Shown piece after piece: positions 19,535 to 29,200 of a DNA stretch of 64,000 nucleotides (position 1 is its first letter; each line of letters opens with the position of its first letter). This stretch comes from Coprobacter sp. (lineage in GTDB: Bacteria; Bacteroidota; Bacteroidia; Bacteroidales; UBA11471), in contig JAFTRN010000030.1 of NCBI GenBank assembly GCA_017462265.1, positions 20,983 to 84,982 on the forward strand, read 5' to 3'. The notes beneath the pieces were generated by a model. That model had not been told where the DNA came from. It did no database searches and saw nothing but the letters and a program-made list of their open reading frames with translations. The translations under genes and the position numbers were made by a program.

Positions 19535-20656
19535 TTAATATTTTAACGCTACATGAGCCGGGCAGGTACCGGTGGCGTTCTGCCATTTCAGCTTACCATC
19601 GCTACCGAAACAATATATCGTACCCGAGTTGCTGTAATCACCTGCATCGGTCAGATACACGTCGTGTGTAGTGGGGTTGATAAACAATCCGTAGAGGGCC
19701 GAGAGTTGTGTGCCGTCTGTGATGAACTCTGTGGCCGATATATCACGGGTGTTGAGGTCGATTATATTATAGGAATAGGTGTAGCTGTAGGTCGTATAGT
19801 TCCATTCGGCATTGTAGGTATAGGCGCTGTCGCCCACGAAGCACATACCGGTAGCACCTATGTTCAAGGTATCGACTACGTTGTCGGTACGCGAGTCGAT
19901 GACGTAGAGGTTACTGCCCACGTCGTAATAGTTTCCGCGCGACGACACATAGATGCTTCCCTTGCCATCGGGGCGCACACGGTGCAGATTGAGTCCTACC
20001 TCGATATTCTTGCTGAGGGTAAACGAAGCGAGGTCGATGACCGACACCCGATTGTCGTAGCTGCTGCGCATACCGCCCGAGTTGGCGACGTATAGTTTTC
20101 CATTGGCGACAGCCATCTCTTCGGGTTGGTAACCCACTGTTACACTGTCTTTTTCGAGGGTCACGATGTGGAAACGATATACGGCTCCCAAGGCGTCGGG
20201 ATTGCCCCAACTGCCATCGACAAACGAGCTCACATAGGCATAGTCTCCATCGAAACAGATGGCACGACCGTTGGGTATGTCGATGTCGGTAATGTGGTGA
20301 GCGCTGTCGGCCGTCATGATACTGACTTTGTGCGAACCGTTCATTACGGCATATAGGCGGTCTTTGTATATCTCGAGGTCGTTGCCCGTGTCGCCAAGTT
20401 CTTTCACCACCGAGGGGTTTCTCGTGGCAAAAATGTTGGTGTAGTATATACCGCTCTCGGCGTCGAAATAGTCGAGTGTAGAGTTGTTGCGACCTAATTG
20501 ACCTTCGTTGAGCAGATAAAATCCTTTGACAGCGGATTGTGTGCCGTCGGATACTTGTGTGCTATCGCCCCCGATGATTTCATTATCGTCGTCGTTGCGA
20601 CAACTGCTCATAATGGCGAGCAGGCATAGTGCTGATAGAAAGATTGTTTTTTTCAT
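19535..20656 (-). CDS. surface beta-propeller lipoprotein (YncE-like; BtuG-like B12-capture candidate)
   Basis: Lipobox MSSC. Repeated propeller-blade-like motifs are present (RLYAVMNGSHKVSIM, KLYVANSGG..NRVSVIDL, SIYVSSRG..SNLYVIDS, DVYLTDAGD). It lies directly downstream of a riboswitch-controlled TonB receptor. Confidence 0.55.
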   Translation of the reverse strand: MKKTIFLSALCLLAIMSSCRNDDDNEIIGGDSTQVSDGTQSAVKGFYLLNEGQLGRNNSTLDYFDAESGIYYTNIFATRNPSVVKELGDTGNDLEIYKDRLYAVMNGSHKVSIMTADSAHHITDIDIPNGRAICFDGDYAYVSSFVDGSWGNPDALGAVYRFHIVTLEKDSVTVGYQPEEMAVANGKLYVANSGGMRSSYDNRVSVIDLASFTLSKNIEVGLNLHRVRPDGKGSIYVSSRGNYYDVGSNLYVIDSRTDNVVDTLNIGATGMCFVGDSAYTYNAEWNYTTYSYTYSYNIIDLNTRDISATEFITDGTQLSALYGLFINPTTHDVYLTDAGDYSNSGTIYCFGSDGKLKWQNATGTCPAHVALKY

Positions 20657-20742
20657 GTTTATTGTTTTTAGAAGACTGTCGGTGTGGCCATCGTCCCGGG
20701 TAATGATGACTTACAGACAGTCGGGGTTATTTCAATATGTAT

Positions 20743-22761
20743 TTAAATATCTATGCTGATGGTGATTTTGAAGTTGGTACCCGGCATAGGGTAGTTGGCT
20801 ACTACGTCGTATTGCTGGTTGAACAGGTTATTGACCTCACAAGCGACTTTACAGCCCACTCGTTGTATGTCGAATGTGCGGCTGAGACTTATATCGCTTG
20901 TGTACCAGGGTTGCATACGATTGGCACGGGTATTCTCGGAGTTGCTGTATCGCTCGCCGGTGTAGATAAGGCTGTAATTGAGCGACCATCGACGCCAGTC
21001 GCCCCACAGCAACGCCGACGCGCTATGTCGGGGCACATAGGGTATCTGGTGGCCATAATAGCGATAGGCGGGATCGGTGTAGTCCTCGGCAAGTTGGAAC
21101 GTGTAGGTGCCTCGTACACCGATATCGACGGCTCCCGCCCGCATGGCTGCTTGCGCCGAGAGGTCACACCCGCGTATCTCTACTCTTCCCAGATTGATCA
21201 TACTCCACCGGAATTGTCGTCCCGATGGGTACGCGATGATTTTGTCTGTTACAATATTATAATAGCCGTCGCCGGTAAATTCGATATATCGCACGAATCC
21301 TCGGTTCCAATTTTTTTTATACGAGATACCTCCGTTGTATTGCACGGTGCGTTCGGGTTTCAGGTATTTGTTTCCTACGTCGGTATAGTAGAGATCGTTG
21401 AACGTGGGCATACGAAACGACTTCTTGCACCAGGCTCGCAGACGCAGGTCGTGTAGGGCAAACGGGCGGTAATTGACAAACAGCGAGGGCGAAAATTCCT
21501 CTCGGCGATCGCTGTAAGCGGCAATACGCTTGTCGCGCACATCGTCTTGTATGAAAGTGCCGAGCGCGCTCGCCTGTATCTGCAGGAATGACCATTGAAA
21601 CGCCGTGGACAGGGCCACCATCTCGGTATAGCGGGTAGGATATACAAAATCGTGCAGGTCGGCCTCCATATAGTTCCATTGCCAGTCGGTCGAGAGTGAT
21701 ATATCCCACCATGGGAATATATTCAGCATCTGCGCCGCCGACAGGTAGTATTCGTGTTGGCGGTAATGGTTGTGTATATAGGTCTCTCGCGGGTCGTCGC
21801 GCAGATACTCGGTGTAGTCGTAGGCGTACTTGCTGTTTACGAGCAGGTGGTAGCGGCTTCCGAAATGCTCTTTGTAACTGCCTTGCACGAAAAAGTTGCG
21901 ATCCCATTGGCGTTCGCCGTGTCGCCATACATTATTTAATATAGGTCCGGGAATACCACGCTCGCTGTTGTAGAAATAGACTTTGGCGTTCCATTCGCCC
22001 TCACGGCGAGTGTTGCCAAAGAATCCTCCCTCTACACGCAAAGCGTTGATGTCGCCGTTGTGTCGTGTCGCCGTTGTGTCGTAGGCAGTAGAGCCGTCGG
22101 CGAGGGTACGTTGGTAACGGAATTTGTATCGTCCTGTCGCATAGGTATATTCGGCATTGAACAGGCTGTTTACCCGCTCGGAGACCTTCTGCTCCCAGCG
22201 TATCGAGGGGTTGGCGAGACCGAACGAACCGCATTTCATGGTCGCTTGCAGGTGATAGCGCTCATTGCCGGTGAAACGGGGGCGACGGCTTCGCAGATAC
22301 ACCGAGCCCGATGTGCCGAAGTCGCGAGCCGGTTGCCATATTTCGCTCTTTTGCCCGTTGTACAGGGCTATCTCTTCCATATTGTCGAGCGAATATTTCC
22401 CGAGATCTATCTGTCCGTTCTGCGCGTTCCCCAGCTGTATGCCGTCGTAGAAAATACCGGTATGATTGGTACCCATACTACGTATGTTCACCGTTTTCAG
22501 TCCGCCGATACCTCCATAATCTTTCAACTGCACACCCGAGAAATAACGTATGGCGTCGGCCACGGAGTGACTATTGAGGCGTTCCAACTTTTCCCGGCTC
22601 AATTTTTGCGCCGGAATCACCTCGCTCTCGCGTCGGGCGGTGATACCTACCTCGTGCAGATATTGCAAGGAGTCGAGCCTGTTTTGAGCCGTAACAACAC
22701 CTTGCTCCTGCCATAGCGGTAGGAGTGTCAGTAGCAATAGTGTGGCGATGAAATGTCTCAT
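20743..22761 (-). CDS. TonB-dependent receptor, BtuB-like (cobalamin riboswitch-controlled)
   Basis: Signal peptide. Plug motifs are SVADAIRYFSGVQLKDYGGIGGLKTVNIRSMG and GIFYDGIQLGNAQNGQIDL. 672 aa. A B12 riboswitch lies in the 5' leader. Confidence 0.85.
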   Translation of the reverse strand: MRHFIATLLLLTLLPLWQEQGVVTAQNRLDSLQYLHEVGITARRESEVIPAQKLSREKLERLNSHSVADAIRYFSGVQLKDYGGIGGLKTVNIRSMGTNHTGIFYDGIQLGNAQNGQIDLGKYSLDNMEEIALYNGQKSEIWQPARDFGTSGSVYLRSRRPRFTGNERYHLQATMKCGSFGLANPSIRWEQKVSERVNSLFNAEYTYATGRYKFRYQRTLADGSTAYDTTATRHNGDINALRVEGGFFGNTRREGEWNAKVYFYNSERGIPGPILNNVWRHGERQWDRNFFVQGSYKEHFGSRYHLLVNSKYAYDYTEYLRDDPRETYIHNHYRQHEYYLSAAQMLNIFPWWDISLSTDWQWNYMEADLHDFVYPTRYTEMVALSTAFQWSFLQIQASALGTFIQDDVRDKRIAAYSDRREEFSPSLFVNYRPFALHDLRLRAWCKKSFRMPTFNDLYYTDVGNKYLKPERTVQYNGGISYKKNWNRGFVRYIEFTGDGYYNIVTDKIIAYPSGRQFRWSMINLGRVEIRGCDLSAQAAMRAGAVDIGVRGTYTFQLAEDYTDPAYRYYGHQIPYVPRHSASALLWGDWRRWSLNYSLIYTGERYSNSENTRANRMQPWYTSDISLSRTFDIQRVGCKVACEVNNLFNQQYDVVANYPMPGTNFKITISIDI

Positions 22762-22871
22762 TCCGTGTTGTGTAGCTCGTTACAGCTCTCTACGGAAAGA
22801 TTTTGCCTGTGATAAAATAGATGTATTTTAAGACGTGCCTCAAAGCTCTTTCCTCGAAAGCTTTTGAATGG

Positions 22872-23036
22872 GAGAATCGTATGGCAGGTCTTCTGACTTG
22901 TTCCGGCGACAAGCGGCCTTCCCGGTGTTACCCAGTGGCGACAGATGGCTTGCGCGTAGAGATGGAACTCACAGCAGCGGGACTGTTCGGGATTTTCACC
23001 CGATTCCCTTTTAATCTCCATACCCGAGGGGTATTT
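22872..23036 (-). promoter_or_regulatory. cobalamin (B12) riboswitch
   Basis: The minus strand reads ...AAAAGGGAATCGGGTGAAAATCCCGAACAGTCCCGCTGCTGTGAG...CGCCACTGGG...GGGAAGGCC...AGTCAGAAGACCTGCCAT. This gives the conserved GGGAA / GGTGAAAATCC / CCCGCTGCTGT / GCCACTG blocks and the B12 box AGTCAGAAGACCTGCC. Confidence 0.85.
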
Positions 23037-23041
23037 CGAAC

Positions 23042-23049
23042 CAATACGC
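23042..23049 (-). promoter_or_regulatory. -7 promoter box TACCTTTG for the riboswitch-btuB transcript
   Basis: TAnnTTTG on the minus strand, immediately upstream of the aptamer. Confidence 0.45.
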
Positions 23050-23184
23050 CGCAAAGGTAATGTTTTATTTTCGGAAACCGCAACAAACCCACAAAAATAT
23101 TTTTTTTGTAAATTTTATTATAAATAGTTTTTGTTGGTGCGTTTAGTTATATATCTTTGCGGTAAGATAAAAATACTATATACA

Positions 23185-24717
23185 ATGAATAATAATCTAA
23201 AAATTGTAAAATCATTATTGGTCGGTATTCTTGTGGTATTTGTTATATCATCATGCGCACCAAGTTATAAATCGGTTATGTCGCCTAATACCATGTCTAA
23301 AGAATACACAAAAGGCATACCTTCTTTAATTGCTGTTGTGGATAGAGGTACATATGATACGGCTTTTGAAAACGCATTTAAGAAACGAGATGAAAATCAA
23401 CATAGACTTGTCTTTAATGATTTTAATGGCTATTGTAATAATGCGCAGACTTTTATAACGGACGATTTGAAAGAGAACGTGTTTAATACGAATGTCCTTG
23501 ATAGCAATTCCGGCTATATTGTGTGCCGGTTAAAATCGGCTCGATACCGAGTGACAGGTATGGGATTTCATGTCCCATTAGCCATTGTTACTTGTATGTG
23601 GTCGTGGTTATGTGGCGCACCTATGTGTGGAGAATCGATGAAACAAACATTTGAATTTACGATATATGATTGTTACGATCGAGAGGTGAAAAAATATGAG
23701 ATAGAAGCCAAGGGGAAAAGCTATATCAGCATATATAAAATGTCGAATACGACCTCGATACTTATGCAAGATGCTTTCAAAAATGCTATGAAAAAATTTA
23801 ATGAATTGATATTGTCAGATAAAAATTATATAACGGAAAAGCTCAATATTTCTAAACAATATATGCTTGAAGAACAGCGAGTCGCTATGTCTGTAATGTC
23901 TGATGAAAACGAATTATATGATAGAGCCTTGAATAATGCTTGCTTGGGTAATTATGAAATGGCTCAGGGTATATTGGATACATTATTGCGAAATGTCCCA
24001 TATCATGCTTCTGCATATGGATTGAGGGGAATGTGTAGGCAGGAAATGAAAAATTATATCGGCGCATTAAATGATTATACTCGTTGTGCCCAACTTTCAT
24101 CGCCGGAGTCGGGCTTAAATACTTATGTAGATAAAGCTCGTATGTTAGGTCTTTTCAATCGCATACCTGAATCGTACATTGCCGCAGGTATGGCTGTCAA
24201 ATTGCAACCGATGTCCGAAGATGCACACAATGCCATGGCTGTTGTATTAGAAAACATGGGACGATACTCCGAGGCTATTGTCGAATATAATAAAATACTA
24301 ACTATTAATCCCAATCGCATAGAATTACACCAACGAGTTGCTGACTTAAAAAGTATTCTAAAAAATGCAGCTGAAGCAAAAGCTCGATACGAACAAGAGC
24401 AACTTATGCGGCAGGCTGCGGCTATGCAGATGATGGCAAATACCATGTCAAATACAGTTAATTCTATAAGTAATATAGTTGCGACCAATCGTTCCACGCA
24501 AGTATATTCCAATACCATACAATCCGGAGCGACATCATCAAGCAATCGTGCGTCATTGGAAAATCAATTGAGAAAAGCAAAATTGAGACTTGTTGAAATG
24601 TATAAAAATCAGCACAATTCAAGTAGCCCTGTTGTTCAACAATCATACAATATACAGATTGTGAAACAAGAGGAATTAATACGACAATTGGAACAGAAAT
24701 TGGCAAATTGCCAATAA
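23185..24717 (+). CDS. TPR-repeat lipoprotein with a C-terminal coiled coil, in an AT-rich gene
   Basis: The start MNNNLKIVK.. precedes the lipobox ISSC. TPR-like repeats are present (NYEMAQGILDTLLRNVPYHASAYGLRG; GRYSEAIVEYNKILTINPN). A -7 box TATCTTTG sits at 23152-23159. It is visibly AT-rich compared with its flanks. Confidence 0.6.
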   Translation: MNNNLKIVKSLLVGILVVFVISSCAPSYKSVMSPNTMSKEYTKGIPSLIAVVDRGTYDTAFENAFKKRDENQHRLVFNDFNGYCNNAQTFITDDLKENVFNTNVLDSNSGYIVCRLKSARYRVTGMGFHVPLAIVTCMWSWLCGAPMCGESMKQTFEFTIYDCYDREVKKYEIEAKGKSYISIYKMSNTTSILMQDAFKNAMKKFNELILSDKNYITEKLNISKQYMLEEQRVAMSVMSDENELYDRALNNACLGNYEMAQGILDTLLRNVPYHASAYGLRGMCRQEMKNYIGALNDYTRCAQLSSPESGLNTYVDKARMLGLFNRIPESYIAAGMAVKLQPMSEDAHNAMAVVLENMGRYSEAIVEYNKILTINPNRIELHQRVADLKSILKNAAEAKARYEQEQLMRQAAAMQMMANTMSNTVNSISNIVATNRSTQVYSNTIQSGATSSSNRASLENQLRKAKLRLVEMYKNQHNSSSPVVQQSYNIQIVKQEELIRQLEQKLANCQ

Positions 24718-24740
24718 CTTTCAGTATAATTATTGGTATC

Positions 24741-25745
24741 TTATAATTTATCGTTGAGGAGGTGTTCTTCGTCGCTCTGGGTGAGGAGGTGCAGGCTCAG
24801 CGGTTCGGCCTGTTCGAAGGCGTGGCGACGATAGTGGCAGTCGGTCATTTCGCAATGACGGCAATGGCGTTCGTTGCAAGAGTCGGCGTGTACCGACAGG
24901 GTGATTTCTTGCCGACCGCTGTCGCGTATACTCTCTTGCAGGGTTTCGCAGGCACGGTGGCCTTGTGCCACGCTATAATACCAGGGCAGGGTGAGGTCGC
25001 ACTCGATGAGGCAGTACGATCCATATTCCAAGATGCGCAGATTGTGTATGTCTATCCAGTCGGGTTGCCGATGCCGATTCATGATATCGGTGATGAGGGC
25101 CAACTTCTCGGGGTCGGCCTCGTCGGTAAGTCGGGCGATGGTCTTGCGTAATATGCGGATACCGGTGAATATGATGAGTGTACCGAAAAGTAATGCCATC
25201 AGGCTGTCGATGAGGGTAATACCGGTGACGTTCACCAATATAAGCCCGGCCACCAGTCCTATGGTGGAATAGGTATCGGAGTGTAGGTGTCGCCCCTCGG
25301 CGATAAGGGCCTCGGAAAGATGTTTGCGTCCTACGGCTATACCATACCAACCTAAGAGATAATTGATTACGGCGGTTGCTGTCGATATGTAGATACCCAT
25401 GTCGAGATGGGTGAGGTGGGAGGGGAGGAACAGCCGCTCCACCCCGTGATAGATAATGATACCGCCGGCCATGATGATGAGTATGCCCTCCATCGAGGCC
25501 GAGATCATCTCTATCTTTCCATGACCGAACGGGTGTCCGGCATCGCGCGGACGCGTGGCAAGCGATATGCAGTAGAGGCTTATACCGCCGGCGGCCACAT
25601 TCACTATACTTTCCATGGCGTCGGTGAATATGGCTACCGAGCCGGTGAGGTAGTAGGCGGCAAACTTTCCGGCCATCAATATACACGAGCAGCATAGTAT
25701 GATGCCTTGTACCCGCAGTTTTATGTTGTTTTCTACCCGTTGCAT
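24741..25745 (-). CDS. cation diffusion facilitator (CDF) family metal efflux transporter
   Basis: The TM region has the CDF motifs AIFTDAMESIVN and HLHSDTYSTIG. A cytoplasmic C-terminal domain is followed by the Cys/His-rich tail HADSCNERHCRHCEMTDCHY. Confidence 0.85.
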   Translation of the reverse strand: MQRVENNIKLRVQGIILCCSCILMAGKFAAYYLTGSVAIFTDAMESIVNVAAGGISLYCISLATRPRDAGHPFGHGKIEMISASMEGILIIMAGGIIIYHGVERLFLPSHLTHLDMGIYISTATAVINYLLGWYGIAVGRKHLSEALIAEGRHLHSDTYSTIGLVAGLILVNVTGITLIDSLMALLFGTLIIFTGIRILRKTIARLTDEADPEKLALITDIMNRHRQPDWIDIHNLRILEYGSYCLIECDLTLPWYYSVAQGHRACETLQESIRDSGRQEITLSVHADSCNERHCRHCEMTDCHYRRHAFEQAEPLSLHLLTQSDEEHLLNDKL

Positions 25746-25767
25746 AGCTACATATATCTATAAAATA

Positions 25768-25794
25768 CCCTGTCGGCAAAATGTGCCGACAGGG
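25768..25794 (-). terminator. hairpin downstream of trxA
   Basis: Perfect 11-bp stem CCCTGTCGGCA / TGCCGACAGGG, followed on the minus strand by UAUUUUAU. Confidence 0.5.
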
Positions 25795-25818
25795 CTAAAA
25801 TCTTTTTTGTGGTAGTGA

Positions 25819-26133
25819 TTATAAATTGGCGTCGATTTTGGCCTTCAAGTCGGCTTTTGAGGAGGCGCCTACTTGTTTATCTACCAACTGACCGCCTTTG
25901 AAGAACAGCAATGTGGGGATATTGCGGATACCCATTTCGCTGCTCAACTCGTTGTCGTCATCGACGTTGTATTTACCGATGAAAGCTTTGCCTTCGTACT
26001 CGGCTGCCAATTCTTCTACATAGGGAGCGATGCTGCGACAAGGACCGCACCATTCTGCCCAAAAATCAACCACTACAAGCTTATCCGATGCCAGATATTC
26101 TTTGTAATTTTCGTCTGTAAATTTCAGTGCCAT
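25819..26133 (-). CDS. trxA: thioredoxin
   Basis: 104 aa with VVVDFWAEWCGPCR and IRNIPTLLFFKGG. Confidence 0.92.
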   Translation of the reverse strand: MALKFTDENYKEYLASDKLVVVDFWAEWCGPCRSIAPYVEELAAEYEGKAFIGKYNVDDDNELSSEMGIRNIPTLLFFKGGQLVDKQVGASSKADLKAKIDANL

Positions 26134-26278
26134 AGTTATTTTTATTATTGTTAATGTTTTTGCAGGCTGATTATGTCAAGTGATTACCACAAAGATAGTG
26201 CTTACTATCTTCGGCATTTAAGGCAAAGGTAAACAAAAAACATGGAATAATGGAAATTGTTCACATCTTTTTTGTCGC

Positions 26279-29200
26279 TTATGCAATATCGGCAAGCATA
26301 TCGGTCATATCGCTTTCGGATTCGTCGGTATCACTATCGGCGTTTTCGTCTATTTCTTTGTGCTCTATGTCGTTTATTTTAAAACGAATATCGTTGGAGA
26401 TGAAATAGTTGATAAGTTCGTTTGTAACCGATATTTTTATGGGGCGGGCAAAGAGTTTTACCGGGTGCATCGGGTCGGCCTCGTCGATAATCTCGAAAAA
26501 CAGATTGGTCGAGGCCTCGGGGGTATGGGGCAATTTCTCTTTGAACAGCTCTATAAGTCCTGTATTTATATTGTGGTAGGGCATCATGATGGTGAGACTC
26601 TCGATGAGGCGGTCTTTCACGTCGGGCAGTTGCTCTATGGTGCCGATGCGCAGGTCGAGAATTTTTTCGTCCCACTTGCGGGGTTCCACTTTGGCTCGAA
26701 TGAACAAGTACATATTATCCACGCAGAATTTGTGGAAGTTTACATAGTCCTGTCCGAACAACGCTATTTCGCCTCCGCCCGAGTAGTCCTCGATTTTGAG
26801 TATGGCAAAGGGTTTGTTTTGCTTGGTCATACCTTGTCGCGAACCTATCACTATACCGCCCATGGTTATTTCGCGACCTTTCAACGCCTCGCGATTTTCG
26901 AGTTCGCTCATGTGTGTGTTGCAACTGTATTGCAATACGATACGATATTCGTCGAGCGGGTGTGCCGATAGGTAGATGCCTATGAGCTCGCGCTCCTTTT
27001 CGAGGCGCATGAGGTCGGTCCACACCTCGAAATGCGGAACCTCGGGGCGTGCTACCTCTACGGCCTCTCCACCCCCGAACAGAGAGAGGCTATGAGAATC
27101 TTTGTCGAGCTGGTATTTATTGCCGTAGCGCACGATAATTTCGGAGAAGGTCTCGCTCTTGCTGTTGGTGGCCATGTAGGCCTCACGCTTCAGCCCGAAG
27201 CCGTCGAAACCTCCCGACAGGGCGAGACACTCGATGTTTTTGCGGTTACAGGCAGACAGATTGACGCGTTGCACAAAATCGTATATATCGGTAAAGGGAC
27301 CGTTTTTCTCGCGCTCCTCGATGATGCAGCGCACGGCGGCCTCGCCTACACCTTTCACGGCACCCAGTCCGAAACGAATGTTGCCCTCCTTGTTTACCGT
27401 GAATTTCAGATTACTTTCGTTCACGTCGGGGCCGAGTACCTTGATACCCATATTTTTACACTCGTCCATAAACTTGGTGATTTCGCCGATGTCGGAGATA
27501 CTGCGGCTCAGCACCGCCGCCATATATTCCGAGGGGAAATTGGCTTTGAGGTAGGCCGTTTGGTAGGCTACCCACGAGTAGCAAGTGGCGTGCGACTTGT
27601 TGAAGGCGTATGAAGCGAAGTCCTCCCAGTCGGCCCATATCTTTTCGAGCACTTTGCGGTCGTGACCGTTTTTCTCACCTCCGTTGAGGAAGAGCGGTTT
27701 CAGCTCGTCGAGTTTGTCTTTCAGTTTCTTACCCATCGCCTTACGCAATCCGTCGGACTGACCGCGGGTGAAGTTGGCCAACATACGCGAGAGAAGCATC
27801 ACCTGCTCTTGATACACCGTGATACCGTAGGTGTCTTTCAGGTACTTCTCCATGATGGGAATATCATACGTAATAGGTTCTTGGCCATGCTTACGCTTGA
27901 TAAACGAGGGTATGTATTTCATAGGGCCCGGACGATACAGGGCGTTCATAGCGATGAGGTCTTCGAAGGTAGAGGGTTGCAACTCACGCAGATACTTCTG
28001 CATACCGGCCGACTCGAATTGGAACGTACCCACGGTGCGCCCCTCGCTATAAAGTTTATAGGTGGCGGGGTCGTTGATGTCGATAGTGTCTATATCCACG
28101 TCTATGCCGCGCGAGAGCTTCACGTTGGCTATCGCCTCTTTGATGATAGAGAGGGTTTTCAGCCCTAAGAAGTCCATCTTTATGAGGCCGGTATCTTCGA
28201 TTACCGAACCTTCGTATTGAGTAACCAATAGTTTTTCGCCAGTCTCTTTATCATCGGCGGTACTCACGGGCACCCAGTCGGTAATGTCGTCGCGACAAAT
28301 AATGGTACCGCAGGCATGTACGCCTGTTCCGCGCACGTTTCCTTCGAGCATCTGAGCATACTTCATGGTGTCGCGCGTCTCCTCGGTTTCGCAGGCGGCC
28401 CGCAACTCGGGTATGGCGGCAAGGCAGTTTTTGAAGTTCACCTTGGGCGATTTACCATCGACCTCGGGCAGGCGGGCGGGAATCAGTTTGGTCAGACGGT
28501 TCGATTCCGACAGGGGTAGTTCTTCCACACGGGCCACGTCTTTTATCGACATCTTGGTGGCCATCGTTCCGTAGGTGATGATGTGAGCCACCTTCTCGTG
28601 TCCGTATTTCTCTGTCACCCAGCGCAACACCTCACCGCGACCATCGTCGTCGAAGTCGATATCGATATCGGGCAGAGATATACGATCGGGATTGAGGAAG
28701 CGCTCGAACAGCAGGTCGTATTTTATGGGGTCTATCTGCGTGATACCGAGGCAATAGGCGACAGCCGAACCGGCTGCCGAACCACGGCCAGGCCCCACAG
28801 ATACGCCCATGTTGCGAGCGGCGGCTATGAAGTCCTGCACGATGAGGAAGTAACCCGGGAAACCCATGGTCTTCATGATGTGCAACTCGAATATGATACG
28901 CTCCTCTATTTCCTTGTCGAGGGGATTGCCATAGCGCTTATAGGCGCCGTCGTAAGCCAGTTTTTTCAGATAGTCGGCCTCGAGTTTTATACGATACAGC
29001 TTGTCGTATCCGCCCAACACCTTGATTTTTTTCTCGGCGGCCTCTTGCGAGAGTACTACATTGCCGTTTTCGTCGCGTGTGAACTCGTTGAAAATATCTT
29101 CATCGGTGTATTTACGGCGATACTCTTCCTCCGTGCCAAATTCCTCGGGTATGGCAAATGTAGGCATGATGGGGGCGTGGTCGATGCTGTAGGTTTCGAC

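Noticed and set aside
22758-23060. ORFs 22758..23054 (-) and 22821..23060 (+).
   Set aside because: They overlap the cobalamin riboswitch aptamer and expression platform, so this is RNA structure rather than coding sequence.
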